64,000 nucleotides of DNA. Source: Candidatus Latescibacterota bacterium (GTDB taxonomy: Bacteria > Latescibacterota > UBA2968 > GCA-2709665). How positions within the stretch are numbered: the first letter of the stretch is position 1; the number at the start of each line of letters is the position of its first letter. Below, in pieces: positions 38,380-48,925 of this stretch. The stretch is from positions 2,048,001-2,112,000 of the forward strand of contig OZ250150.1 in NCBI GenBank assembly GCA_965237675.1, given 5' to 3'. The notes beneath the pieces were generated by a model. That model searched no databases, was not told the origin of the DNA, and saw only the letters and a program-made list of their open reading frames with translations. The position numbers and the translations under genes were made by a program.

Positions 38380-40249
38380 TGGCTGTCGCAAGGCCCGGGC
38401 GCGATGGATGATGTCGGTGGTGATCGGTCTGTTCGCCGTTCTTTTCGTCGGGTTGTTTCGGTTGCAGATTGCAGACACTGAACACTACCGCATCCAATCC
38501 AAGAAAAATACGATGCAGGTCGTGCCAGTCGAAGCCAGACGAGGTCTTATACGGGATCGCAACGGCGTCATCCTCGTAGACAATCGCCCCTCCTACACCA
38601 TCTCCGTGCTGCCGCAGCGACTGCGTCGAAATACCGAACCGACAGTTCGCGGGCACGTGGTCAACCGCCTCAGTCAGGTTGCAGGTCTGCCGGTACAACG
38701 CATCAACCAAATGCTCGCGAACCGAAACCGTTTCTTCCATGAGCCGATAAGACTCAAAAGGGACGTTGGATTCAACGTCGTGTCTGTCGTGGAAGAAGAA
38801 CGCCACGATCTGCCAGGCGTGGAAATACAGGTTGAAGCCCGGAGAGGATATCTGAGCTTCAACGGCGGCTTCCCACTGGCGCCTCATATCGTCGGTTATG
38901 TCGGGCTGATCGACGCGGAGACATATAAACGGAAGCGAGAGTTGGGGTACCGTCTGGACGACCAGATTGGGAAACGGGGCGTTGAGCGCCTGTGCGAGGC
39001 GGTTCTGAGGGGTCGGGAAGGCATGAATTTCATTGAGGTCAATGCCTTCGGCAGGGAGGTCGGCAGTTTTCCCGGAAAGACAGTCCTGCCCATACCGGGC
39101 AACGACATCCTGCTGACCCTGGACTGGCGGTTGCAGCAGGCGGCGGAGCTTGCGTTTTCCGATTCGTTGAGAGGCAGCCTGGTGGCGATGGATCCGAACA
39201 ACGGGGAGATCCTCGCCATGGTCAGCAAACCCCGGTTTCATCCGCAGTCCATCCGCAACGTACGCGAATGGCGTACCCTGCAGGGCGACACGTCAATTCC
39301 CCTTCTGAACCGAAGCATACATGGCGAATATCCGCCTGCCTCGGTGTTCAAAATGATCCCGGCGATTGCCGGTCTTGAAATGGGCCTGATCGATTCGGAA
39401 ACGGCGCGTTACCGGCCCTGCCGAGGCAGACTGAAGTTCGGCGACAGGTTTTTCCGTTGCCACAAGGCCGCAGGGTGTGGACGGTTGTCGCTGCGAGGGG
39501 CGCTTATCCGGTCTTGCGACGTCTATTTTTACCAGTTGGGGCGCAAGGTGGGCATTGCCAACTGGAATCGTTACACCAGGATGCTCGGATTCGGTCAACC
39601 CACGGGCATCGACATCGCTGCCGGTGGCGACGGCGAGGGGGCCGGCCTGGTGACTGACCGTTCGTACTACAAGGAACGCTTCGGACACTGGGCGGAGGGG
39701 TACATGCTGAACCTGACAATCGGACAGGGCGAAACCTCCGTGACCCCGGTCCAGATTGCGCGGTACATCAGCGCTCTGGCCGTCGGCACACTCCCCAGAC
39801 CCCATATCCTGAAGAGCACGCCGCCTGAGTCCACGCCGGTTCAGATTTCCGCCCAGACCCTGAAGACAATACGAAGCATTATGCTCGATGTTGTCGAGGA
39901 TCCGTACGGTACCGGAAAACGCGCCCGTGTGAAAGGCGTACGTGTGGCTGGCAAAACCGGTACCGCGCAAAACCCTCACGGCGAAGACCACGCCTGGTTC
40001 ACCGCCCTTGCTCCGGCGCATCGTCCTGAAATCGTGGTCGCGGTTGTGGTGGAGAACGCAGGCCATGGCGGGGCGGTGGCCGCCCCGATCGCCGGTCGGT
40101 TTCTGGAAACATATTTCGACCTGGCGCGCCCGGAACAGAAAGCGGACATCATCGTAGCCGCGCACGTCGACACCGAACCATCTCCGGATGCGGACGCTTC
40201 CAAACCCGCGCCAGCGGACAACGCGCCGCCCGTCGTTGTCTTGCGTTAA
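38372..40249 (+). CDS. mrdA: penicillin-binding protein 2
   Basis: RRGLIRDRNG, SVFK, SCD, KTGTAQ. Confidence 0.95.
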   Translation: MDNGCRKARARWMMSVVIGLFAVLFVGLFRLQIADTEHYRIQSKKNTMQVVPVEARRGLIRDRNGVILVDNRPSYTISVLPQRLRRNTEPTVRGHVVNRLSQVAGLPVQRINQMLANRNRFFHEPIRLKRDVGFNVVSVVEEERHDLPGVEIQVEARRGYLSFNGGFPLAPHIVGYVGLIDAETYKRKRELGYRLDDQIGKRGVERLCEAVLRGREGMNFIEVNAFGREVGSFPGKTVLPIPGNDILLTLDWRLQQAAELAFSDSLRGSLVAMDPNNGEILAMVSKPRFHPQSIRNVREWRTLQGDTSIPLLNRSIHGEYPPASVFKMIPAIAGLEMGLIDSETARYRPCRGRLKFGDRFFRCHKAAGCGRLSLRGALIRSCDVYFYQLGRKVGIANWNRYTRMLGFGQPTGIDIAAGGDGEGAGLVTDRSYYKERFGHWAEGYMLNLTIGQGETSVTPVQIARYISALAVGTLPRPHILKSTPPESTPVQISAQTLKTIRSIMLDVVEDPYGTGKRARVKGVRVAGKTGTAQNPHGEDHAWFTALAPAHRPEIVVAVVVENAGHGGAVAAPIAGRFLETYFDLARPEQKADIIVAAHVDTEPSPDADASKPAPADNAPPVVVLR

Positions 40250-40312
40250 TACGCTCCGCAACAGACGAACTCAATTCCGTAAGACCCATTCACGTTTCAC
40301 AGGAATCTCCAC

Positions 40313-41533
40313 GTGGTTCTTTCCCGTTTCGTAAAATACGAACTCGACCTGCCGCTGCTGCTTTCGGTTGTTCTTGCCACACTGCTCGGAATTGGCGCAA
40401 TTTACAGCGCCACGTACAACTGGGAGCAGGGCGCTGCCGGCGGGGTCTACGAAAAGCAGATCGTCTGGAGCGTGCTTGCGATCGGGGCCCTTCTGCTTAC
40501 TCTGTTCGTCCCACCCAAATATTTCTATGCCTTCGCCTACATCCTATATGGCGTCTCGATCTTACTGCTCGTGCTTGTTCTGTTGATCGGCGAAAGACGT
40601 TGGTTCGATCTGGGCCCCTTTCATATGCAGCCTTCGGAATTGGCCAAAATCGCAACCGTTCTGGCTCTGGCTAGATACCTCGCCGTGCGCAACCTGGATC
40701 TGGACCGGCCCCGCTCTCTGATTACGGCGTTTCTTCTGGTATTGCTTCCAGCGGTTCTGGTTTTTAAGCAGCCCGACCTGGGCACCGCGCTGGTATTCGG
40801 TTCCGTACTCCTGCCCATGTTCTACTGGGCGGGCATGAGACCCATTGTTCTGTTTTTCTTGATTTCGCCCATTTTGAGCTTGATCTGCGCTTTCCACTAT
40901 TTGGCTTTGGTAATCCTGATTCTGACGATTGCGGGCGTTGTTTTTCTCGTCCGGCCAGGACGATTGATAACAACCGCCATCGTCGTGGTCAATCTCGCCG
41001 TTGCGGTCGGCGCTCCTTATCTTTGGGAAAATAAACTGCACGACTATCAACGCCGGCGCATACTGACCTTTCTGAATCCCGACATGGACAGACTCGGCGC
41101 GGGCTATCAGGTCATGCAATCCAAGGTGGCAATTGGTTCCGGCGGCCTCAACGGAAAAGGATTCCTGCAGGGTACACAGACAAAACTCTCCTTCCTTCCC
41201 GAACAACACACCGATTTTGTGTTTTCGGTTATCGGTGAGGAGTTCGGCTTCGCAGGCGCGATCCTTGTACTCGCCATGTTTTTCCTGATCATATGGCGGG
41301 CCATCCATATTGCCAGTCTTGTCAAGAGTCGTTTTTCCAGTCTGGTTGCCATCGGCCTGGCTGCCATGCTCATCTTTCACGTCTTTGTCAATATAGGCAT
41401 GACCGTCGGCCTCGTCCCGGTTACCGGCCTGCCACTACCGTATATCAGCTACGGCGGATCGCAACTTGTGGTCAGTCTGGTACTCGCGGGCCTGTTGCTC
41501 AACATCTATGCTTGCCGGCACGAATATTACTAG
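40313..41533 (+). CDS. rodA: SEDS peptidoglycan glycosyltransferase RodA
   Basis: QPSELAK, QPDLGT, PEQHTDF, GEEFG, SYGGS. Confidence 0.96.
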   Translation: MVLSRFVKYELDLPLLLSVVLATLLGIGAIYSATYNWEQGAAGGVYEKQIVWSVLAIGALLLTLFVPPKYFYAFAYILYGVSILLLVLVLLIGERRWFDLGPFHMQPSELAKIATVLALARYLAVRNLDLDRPRSLITAFLLVLLPAVLVFKQPDLGTALVFGSVLLPMFYWAGMRPIVLFFLISPILSLICAFHYLALVILILTIAGVVFLVRPGRLITTAIVVVNLAVAVGAPYLWENKLHDYQRRRILTFLNPDMDRLGAGYQVMQSKVAIGSGGLNGKGFLQGTQTKLSFLPEQHTDFVFSVIGEEFGFAGAILVLAMFFLIIWRAIHIASLVKSRFSSLVAIGLAAMLIFHVFVNIGMTVGLVPVTGLPLPYISYGGSQLVVSLVLAGLLLNIYACRHEYY

Positions 41534-41561
41534 AAGACGCACAATTGCGGTGTTATTCATG

Positions 41562-41597
41562 CACAAAAGGCGACCTTGCGGTCGCCTTTTGTGTTTT
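41562..41597. terminator. probable bidirectional intrinsic terminator
   Basis: CACAAAAGGCGACC-TTGC-GGTCGCCTTTTGTG between convergent rodA and dnaE. Confidence 0.85.
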
Positions 41598-41682
41598 CCT
41601 CCACACGCCGGTATGCGCGTCGAAATAATGAATCGGTTGTCCGATACGCCGGCCGGTAACCGGACCGCCGGATTCCACGCTC

Positions 41683-44600
41683 TCAAGATTTCTGGGATAC
41701 CCAGGCGCGCCGTTCCCCCACAAACGCGCCGATTTCCGAGATCAACGCCTCAGAGGGCGCCACGGTAAGCGCCCGGGAACGAATCACCTCCGTTTTTCCG
41801 TCGCCCAGTTCAAGGTGCAAATAGAGTGTACACCCGCCACGATGACCTTCCAGCAACGACTTCAGGTGTCCCAGCGGCTCCGCATCCAGCATCTCCGCGG
41901 GAAGCTTTACGTTCAACGCGTCCGCAAGTGTCTCCCTCGCGTGCTCCATCGACAGGACCTGCTCCACCCGCAACGACTGTCGTCCATTGCGTCCGGAGAG
42001 CCTGCCCTGGATCACCACCATCGCATCGGCCACAAACATAGCTTTGACTTTCTCGTACGCATCCGGGAACACGACCAGATCCACGGCGCCATCCAGATCC
42101 TCGATGGTGCCGAACGCCATCGACCGACCGTTTCGGTCGGTATGCGACCTTGTTTCGGAAATCAGCCCACCAAGTTTGACTTCCGCGCCATCCGGCAACG
42201 TACCCACATCCTGCGACGAACGAATGCCGAGCCCGACCAGATCCGTCTGGTACCTGTCCAACGGATGCCCGGAGAGATAAAATCCGAGCATGTCCTTTTC
42301 GTGTGACAGCCTTTCACGTTCCGTCCACTCCGGCTGCTCGGGAAGCACATGGTTGTTGATAACCGCCGTCTGGTCCGCAAGGGCTACCGTGTCAAAAAGC
42401 GAAATCTGACGTCGCTGCCGGGCAGCCTGAGCGGATTGACCCGCGTCTAGAGCCCGGTCGAGGCCCTGGAGATGCTGCGCCCGATGTCCAGTCAGACAAT
42501 CCATGGCTCCGGCGCAGATCAGGCTCTCGATGGCCCGGCGGTTTACCGCGCGCAAATCCACGCGTTCGCAGAAATTGAAGAGGGATTTATAGGGTCCGGC
42601 TGCCTCCCTCGCGGCGACAATGGCCTCGACGGCGCCGCGCCCCACGTTTCGTACCGCCGCCATTCCCATCAGAAGGCACTTTTCCGAAGCCACGAAATCC
42701 ACATAGGAGGTATTCACATCGGGGGGCAGAACCTCCAGTTTCATTCGCCGGCATTCTTCGATTGCGACCACCATCCGCTCAATATTGCCAATCTCGCCGT
42801 TCAGACTGGCCGCCATATATTCCTGAGGGTAATTCGCTTTGAGGTAGCCGTTTCGGTACGCAACGACCGCGTATGCCGCCGCGTGCGCCTTGGGAAACGC
42901 GTATCCTGCGAACACTTCAATATTAGCGAAAATCTTCTGGGCCAGTTTCGGATCCACCCCATGCGTTTCGCACCCGCCTATAAACGCGTCTTTCTGCCGC
43001 GCCATCTCGTCGGGTTTCTTTTTGCCCATCGCATCCCGAAGGATATCGGCCTGGCCGAGTGTGAACCCGGCCAGGACTTGCACACTCTGCATCACCTGCT
43101 CCTGGTACACCATGATGCCGTATGTATCCTTCAGAATGGGCTCCAGCTTCGGATGGTCGTAGACCACCTCTTCCTGCCCGTGTTTGCGTGCGACGAAGTT
43201 CGGGATATGTTGCATCGGCCCCGGGCGGTAGAGCGCGTTCATGGCGATGATGTCCTCAATACAGTCCGGCTTCAACTGCACAAGGTATTCCCGCATCCCC
43301 GGGCTTTCAAACTGAAACACCCCCACGGTATCTCCACGCCCGAACAGATCCAGCGTTTTTCTGTCGTCTTCCGGGATCTTCGTCAGGTCGAACGCCGGCT
43401 CGTTCTTCCTGATCAGATCCACCGTCTCGTCGGCAAGTGAAAGCTCTTTGAGGCCCAGGATGTCCATTTTCAGAAGTCCGATATCCTGGCAGGTCGGGCC
43501 ATCGAACTGAGTGGTCACCTTGCCGTCTTTCGGGGCTTTGTAAAGCGGTACGAAATTCGTCAAATCGTCCGGTGCGATAATCACCGCTGCGGCATGCACC
43601 GACGCGTGCCGCGCCAGCCCCTCCAGGGCCCGGGCATGCCGGATCAACTGCGCCTCGGGGCCGCCGCCGTCGGCCATCTGTCGCAGTTCGGGCACCTGTT
43701 TTATTGCCTTGTCAAGCGTCATCTTCAAATCGTTGGGCACCAGCTTGGCAATCCGGTCGACCTCGCCGTACGACATGTCATGCACGCGGCCAACGTCCCG
43801 GATCACCGCCTTTGCCTTCATTGTACCGAACGTGATAATCTGACAGACATTGTTCTCGCCGTACTTCTCGGTCACGTATTTAATCACCTGGTCGCGTTTT
43901 TTGTCGGAAAAATCGATATCGATGTCCGGCAGGCTCACACGCTCCGGGTTCAGAAATCGCTCGAACAGAAGATTGTACTTCATCGGATCCAGGTCGGTTA
44001 TCCGTAACGAATACGCCGCCAGGCTTCCTGCGCAGGAACCCCGCCCCGGACCTACCGAAATTCCGTGCTCCTTTGCGTAGTTGACGTAATCCCAAACGAT
44101 CAGGAAGTATCCGGAAAATCCCATTCTTACGATCAGGTCCAGTTCGAATTCGAGGCGATTCCGGAACTCCTGCGGCACGGTACCGAACCGTCTTTCCAGA
44201 CCCTGTCGGGCCAGATGTTTGAGGTAGTTGTCGGCCGACTCAAACCCCTCGGGTAACGGAAACTCCGGCGCGAGATAGTTTCCGAAATCGAGTTCTATAT
44301 TGCTTTTTTCCGCAATCTCCAGCGTCCGCTCCACCGCGTGGGGTATATCCGAAAACAGCGTCTGCATCTCGTCCGCGGACTTGAAGTAGACGTCGGTCGG
44401 ATAACACATCCTGCCGGGATCGTTGAGGGTCTTGCCGGTCTGTAACGCCACGAGAACGGCGTGGGCCTCGTGATCGTCAGCTCCTAGAAAATGGGAGTCG
44501 TTCGTCGCCACGAGCGGCACATCCATTTCCCGGTGAATTCGAATCAGGCCGTCGTTGATTCTGGGCTCTCTATCGATGCCATGCCGCTGTATCTCCAGGT

Positions 44601-45117
44601 AATAGTCGTCGCCGAAGATGTCGAGATATTCTTCCACCGCGGACATCGCGGCGGGTACGCCTTCGCGTTCGATCAGATGAGGCACCTCGCCGCTCAGGCA
44701 TCCCGACAGGCAGATCAGGCCGTCCGAGTGTTCCCGCAACAGTTCCTTATCGATTCTGGGATGGTAGTAAAACCCTTCCAAGTAGCCGGCCGAGACCAAC
44801 TTTACCAGGTTGTAATACCCACGGGTATTCTTTGCCAGCAGCACCAGATGGTTCGAACCGCTGGGGACGCCCCGGGCCGGTTTTTTCTCCAACCTGCTCC
44901 CAATCGCGCAATAGACCTCGCATCCGATAATGGGCTTGACGTTTACCTCTTTCATGGCCCGATAAAAATCCATGGCGCCAAAGAGATTGCCGTGGTCGGT
45001 AATGGCCACCGCGGGCATTCCCCATTCGGCGGCTCTTGTAGCCAGACAATCGATCTTGCAGGCGCCGTCCAGCAGACTGTACATGCTGTGGCTATGGAGA
45101 TGCACGAATTCGGCCAT
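41683..45117 (-). CDS. dnaE: DNA polymerase III alpha subunit
   Basis: PHP HLHSHSMYSLLDG, GPGRGS, FERFLNPER, PDIDIDF, KMDILGL, OB fold. No intein-sized insert. Confidence 0.98.
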   Translation of the reverse strand: MAEFVHLHSHSMYSLLDGACKIDCLATRAAEWGMPAVAITDHGNLFGAMDFYRAMKEVNVKPIIGCEVYCAIGSRLEKKPARGVPSGSNHLVLLAKNTRGYYNLVKLVSAGYLEGFYYHPRIDKELLREHSDGLICLSGCLSGEVPHLIEREGVPAAMSAVEEYLDIFGDDYYLEIQRHGIDREPRINDGLIRIHREMDVPLVATNDSHFLGADDHEAHAVLVALQTGKTLNDPGRMCYPTDVYFKSADEMQTLFSDIPHAVERTLEIAEKSNIELDFGNYLAPEFPLPEGFESADNYLKHLARQGLERRFGTVPQEFRNRLEFELDLIVRMGFSGYFLIVWDYVNYAKEHGISVGPGRGSCAGSLAAYSLRITDLDPMKYNLLFERFLNPERVSLPDIDIDFSDKKRDQVIKYVTEKYGENNVCQIITFGTMKAKAVIRDVGRVHDMSYGEVDRIAKLVPNDLKMTLDKAIKQVPELRQMADGGGPEAQLIRHARALEGLARHASVHAAAVIIAPDDLTNFVPLYKAPKDGKVTTQFDGPTCQDIGLLKMDILGLKELSLADETVDLIRKNEPAFDLTKIPEDDRKTLDLFGRGDTVGVFQFESPGMREYLVQLKPDCIEDIIAMNALYRPGPMQHIPNFVARKHGQEEVVYDHPKLEPILKDTYGIMVYQEQVMQSVQVLAGFTLGQADILRDAMGKKKPDEMARQKDAFIGGCETHGVDPKLAQKIFANIEVFAGYAFPKAHAAAYAVVAYRNGYLKANYPQEYMAASLNGEIGNIERMVVAIEECRRMKLEVLPPDVNTSYVDFVASEKCLLMGMAAVRNVGRGAVEAIVAAREAAGPYKSLFNFCERVDLRAVNRRAIESLICAGAMDCLTGHRAQHLQGLDRALDAGQSAQAARQRRQISLFDTVALADQTAVINNHVLPEQPEWTERERLSHEKDMLGFYLSGHPLDRYQTDLVGLGIRSSQDVGTLPDGAEVKLGGLISETRSHTDRNGRSMAFGTIEDLDGAVDLVVFPDAYEKVKAMFVADAMVVIQGRLSGRNGRQSLRVEQVLSMEHARETLADALNVKLPAEMLDAEPLGHLKSLLEGHRGGCTLYLHLELGDGKTEVIRSRALTVAPSEALISEIGAFVGERRAWVSQKS

Positions 45118-45270
45118 GGCGAGGCGCTCCGGATGCACAGGTTAGACAGGTTTCGTTCAGGAGAGAACAGCGTTGCTGGGGGAAAGCGGAGAACATTTAA
45201 GGGGGAGGGGGACACTCGATACCCGCGGGCGCCAGTGACGCGGCGGGTACGAATATTCCGAAGTGGTATA

Positions 45271-45299
45271 ATCTTACTTACGGTCCGGCCAAAAGTCAA
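45271..45299 (-). promoter_or_regulatory. sigma-70 promoter for dnaE
   Basis: TTGACT-17 nt-TAAGAT. Confidence 0.65.
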
Positions 45300-45505
45300 G
45301 AGGGAGATTGACAGGTGGACTGGCCTATGACTCGCGGGTCAACTGCCTGGCGGAATCCCGGCCTGACAACGCTATCCGCGCCGGCCCTGGTGTCCGGCGC
45401 GAGAGGGCGGGCCTCATCCCGCGTCGAAGCATTGACGCGGGCGACGGGTTGCCCTCGCTTCGACGCGCGTGGCACGGCGCTACCGCTCCACAAGGGCGTT
45501 TCCCA

Positions 45506-45534
45506 TTGAACTTTCCGCGCCTTTGCGTTATCTT
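45506..45534 (+). promoter_or_regulatory. sigma-70 promoter for aroA
   Basis: TTGAAC-17 nt-TATCTT. Confidence 0.5.
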
Positions 45535-45591
45535 AACTCATGTCCGGGCAGGGTCGTGACGACTACCGCTCCGGATTCAGGAATCCTCCCA

Positions 45592-46872
45592 ATGGCCAAA
45601 ATCCTGGAAATTAACCCGCTCTGCCACCCAGTCGACGCAGACGTCTCCATACCGGGCTCCAAGTCCTACACAAACCGGGCGTTGCTGATTGCGGCGCTGG
45701 CCGACGGCCGCACCCGGCTTACCGGGGCCCTTGAGAGCGACGACACCCGGTATATGGCCGGGGCGCTCGCCACCCTCGGCGTCGATATACAGGTGGAGAG
45801 CGAAAACACATTCAGCATCGCAGGCGCGGGTGGCCGGATTCCCGTTTCGAGCGCAACACTCTTCGTGGGAAACTCAGGTACCACCTCCCGGTTCCTCACC
45901 GCCTATCTCGGCCTGGGCAGCGGCGCATACACGCTGGACGGCGTCCCCCGAATGAGAGAACGGCCAATCCAGGATCTGATCGACAGCCTTCGTCCTCTTG
46001 GGGTTCGCGCCCGCAGCCTGGCGGGCAACGGCTGTCCTCCGGTTGTCGTCGACGCGTCCGGCCTTGAGGGCGGGCGCACGCACGTTCCGGGAGACCGAAG
46101 CAGCCAGTATCTCACGGCTCTCCTCCTGGTTGCGCCCTATGCGCGAAAGGACGTCGAGATCCGCGTTACCGGCGCCCTGGTATCCAGGCCCTACATCGAC
46201 ATGACCGTTCGCATCATGCGCGACTTCGGCGTCAACGTCGCCGTAGAAGACCGTAACGTCTTCCTGGTGAAAGCAGGGCAACGTTACACGCCTGCCGAAT
46301 ACGCCATCGAACCGGACGCCTCCAACGCCTCGTATTTTTTCGCAGCAGCGGCGCTGACCGGCGGTCGGATCAAGGTCCGCGACCTCTCCCCATATTCCGC
46401 GCAGGGTGACGTTCGTTTCGTGGATATTCTGGGACGTATGGGCTGTGGTGTGAGCAAACGCCCGGACGGTATCGAAGTCCAGGGTCCCAAACGGTTATCG
46501 GGCATCGATATCGACATGAACGCCACGCCGGACGTGGTTCAGACCCTCTGTGCACTCGCCCCGTTCGCCTCGGAGCCGGTCACCATGCGAAATATCGCCA
46601 ATCTGCGCATCAAGGAGACCGACCGCATCGCCGCTGTCGTGTCTGAACTGACCAAACTGGGGGTACGCGTTGACGCACGGCCCGACGCACTGACTGTTCA
46701 TCCCGCTTCGTGCATCCGCCCGGCCGAACTCGATACGTACGACGATCACCGCATGGCCATGAGCCTGGCGTTGATCGGCCTGAAAGCGCCGGGTATCGCC
46801 ATACGGGATCCGGCCTGCGTCAATAAAACCTTTCCCTCGTACTTCAAGTGCCTCGACGCGTTTCGGAGATAG
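45592..46872 (+). CDS. aroA: EPSP synthase
   Basis: PGSKSYTNR, GNSGTTSR, SSQY, LRIKETDRI, DDHRMAM. Confidence 0.97.
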   Translation: MAKILEINPLCHPVDADVSIPGSKSYTNRALLIAALADGRTRLTGALESDDTRYMAGALATLGVDIQVESENTFSIAGAGGRIPVSSATLFVGNSGTTSRFLTAYLGLGSGAYTLDGVPRMRERPIQDLIDSLRPLGVRARSLAGNGCPPVVVDASGLEGGRTHVPGDRSSQYLTALLLVAPYARKDVEIRVTGALVSRPYIDMTVRIMRDFGVNVAVEDRNVFLVKAGQRYTPAEYAIEPDASNASYFFAAAALTGGRIKVRDLSPYSAQGDVRFVDILGRMGCGVSKRPDGIEVQGPKRLSGIDIDMNATPDVVQTLCALAPFASEPVTMRNIANLRIKETDRIAAVVSELTKLGVRVDARPDALTVHPASCIRPAELDTYDDHRMAMSLALIGLKAPGIAIRDPACVNKTFPSYFKCLDAFRR

Positions 46873-46899
46873 ATCCTTCACGACGCTCGCATCGCGCCT

Positions 46900-47769
46900 T
46901 TATCGCCGCCCCCGTCTAACGCGGCTCCCTGCTTTCTTCCCGCCGCTACGCCGCGCGCGCTTCCGTTCCATTATCCTCTTCTTCACGGCCTGAAAACGCC
47001 CCGAGTCCTTCCGCAATCCGTTCTTGGGTGGCAATTCCTCTATCTGGGCACGGACGTTGTTGACCCGCTCCCGGCTGGGGGGATGGGTGGAGAACAGGAA
47101 CTCCAGCCGTCCGGGCTCTTTCTTCTGCATCGCCATCAGCTTTTCAAAAAAGGTGGCCGTTCCCTCCGGATCGATCCCCGCCGCGTATGTTGCTTCCACG
47201 GCAAACCGGTCTGCCTCCCGCTCGGCATCCCGACCGTAACTCAACTGTTTCATCCCGATGAAGAGGGCGGCGATCTGCTTCCCTGCCCGACGGCGCGAGG
47301 AAGCGTCCTTTCCGCCCAGCGCCATCTCGAGAACAAAGGCGGCGCCAAGCTGTCTGCTGATTGCCTCCGCGCCGTGTTTGCCATCTACGTGCCCGATTTC
47401 ATGACCGATGACCGCTGCCAGTTCCGACTCGTTCTCCGCCGTTGTAATCAGACCACGGTTCACGTACAGCCAGCCGCCGGGCAACGCGAATGCGTTCACC
47501 TCATCGGTATCCACCACTTTGAAGTAATAGGTCAGATCCGAACGCCGCGAGTGCCGTGCGAGGGTCCGGCCCAGGCTGTTGATGTACGCCGCCACGGCCG
47601 GGTCGTTGTAGAGTCTGAGTTCCCGTTCAACTTGAAGCGCCGCCTCCCGGCCCATCTCGACTTCCTGCTCCGTACTCAATATATTGAACTGGCTCACCGC
47701 CGCGCAGGACACCACCGATCCCAGAAGGCAAGCGGCTACCCACCATCGCAAGCGTGAAATTCTCGACAT
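46900..47769 (-). CDS. M48-family zinc metalloprotease, probable lipoprotein
   Basis: NAFALPGG, HEIGH, EREAD, STHP. Confidence 0.93.
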   Translation of the reverse strand: MSRISRLRWWVAACLLGSVVSCAAVSQFNILSTEQEVEMGREAALQVERELRLYNDPAVAAYINSLGRTLARHSRRSDLTYYFKVVDTDEVNAFALPGGWLYVNRGLITTAENESELAAVIGHEIGHVDGKHGAEAISRQLGAAFVLEMALGGKDASSRRRAGKQIAALFIGMKQLSYGRDAEREADRFAVEATYAAGIDPEGTATFFEKLMAMQKKEPGRLEFLFSTHPPSRERVNNVRAQIEELPPKNGLRKDSGRFQAVKKRIMERKRARRSGGKKAGSRVRRGRR

Positions 47770-47935
47770 CGGCCGCTTCTCTCCTCCTTGAGGCAGGGCC
47801 CGGCCGGTTGCCAGGTTTCCTGTCATGAACGCCATCGCCAAGCCACCGCCGGTGCGGCGCCGGCATTCGCGCCCGAACCGCTGTTACTTTTGAATGACGG
47901 CGGTCAACCGGACGGGACACCTGAGCAGTTGCCCG

Positions 47936-48841
47936 TCACCTATCGATATGTATCTGCAACGTCCCCCGGCCTCCGTCCACGGTTGCCCTGAGTCCGATGG
48001 GCAGCACGCGCCGTCCGGGACCGTGTCCATAAGGGAGGCCACAGAAAACAGGAGTGGTAACAGTACGGGAAAAATTCCGAAGAACGTCGTCCACCGTGCC
48101 CTCCTCCTCCCGTTCGGGCTCGCAACCCTGGAACTGTCCGAACACCACACCGGCAGCCCGGTCGAATACGCCCGCCATTCGAAGCTGGACCAGCATCCGG
48201 TCCACCCGGTAAGGGGCCTCGTTCACGTCCTCCAGAAAAATCAGTGCATCTCTGGTATCCGGCAGATATCCAGTACCCGCCAGCGAGGCGACCACGGACA
48301 GACAACCTCCCAGAAGACGCCCTTCGGCAAGTTCTCCACGAAGTGAATAGAGGTCGGCAATGGCCTCGAAACGCCCGGCAGTGATCGCACGCCACAACGA
48401 CGCTTCCGTGGCTTCCGGCATGCCCGCCTCCGTCACGTCTCCACAAAGCGTCACGCCCGAGTAACTCACCAACCCCGTCCGGGCGTAAATTCCGAGTTGC
48501 AGGGCGGTCGTATCGCTAAAGCCGACCAGGGCTTTCGGGTCTCTCCGAATGGCGCTATAATCCAGAAGTCCCAGAACCCGGGAAGAACCATATCCACCCC
48601 GGGTCGCAAAGATCGCCCGGACCTCGCGGTCGGCGAACATTGCGTTCAAGTCCGCCGCCCGGACAGGGTCGTCGCCAGCCAGGTACCGATCCCGGTCGTA
48701 CACCGCCGGTCCGACCCGCACCCCGTATCCCAGACCCCGCAGGTACGCCAGACCCGGACACAAACGTTCCCTTTCAAAGGATCCCGAAGGCGATACCACT
48801 CCGATCAGATCGCCCCGTCTAATATATGGTGGAATCACCAA
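47936..48841 (-). CDS. S66 LD-carboxypeptidase (LdcA-like)
   Basis: RGGYG, GFSDTT, LEDVNE, PYGH (Ser-Glu-His triad). Confidence 0.93.
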   Translation of the reverse strand: MVIPPYIRRGDLIGVVSPSGSFERERLCPGLAYLRGLGYGVRVGPAVYDRDRYLAGDDPVRAADLNAMFADREVRAIFATRGGYGSSRVLGLLDYSAIRRDPKALVGFSDTTALQLGIYARTGLVSYSGVTLCGDVTEAGMPEATEASLWRAITAGRFEAIADLYSLRGELAEGRLLGGCLSVVASLAGTGYLPDTRDALIFLEDVNEAPYRVDRMLVQLRMAGVFDRAAGVVFGQFQGCEPEREEEGTVDDVLRNFSRTVTTPVFCGLPYGHGPGRRVLPIGLRATVDGGRGTLQIHIDR

Positions 48842-48925
48842 GAAACCCGTCCCCGTTTCCAGACGGCAAAATGACCCGCCACCGTCGCCCGGACGAAGTC
48901 ACCTGCAGACAACGTTCCCCGAAGA

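Noticed and set aside
41683-45117. Intein or split in dnaE
   Set aside because: Normal length and collinear motifs.
45330-45480. Riboswitch between dnaE and aroA
   Set aside because: GC-rich dyad (CGCGTCGAAGC/GCTTCGACGCG) only, upstream of both predicted promoters. No recognisable aptamer.
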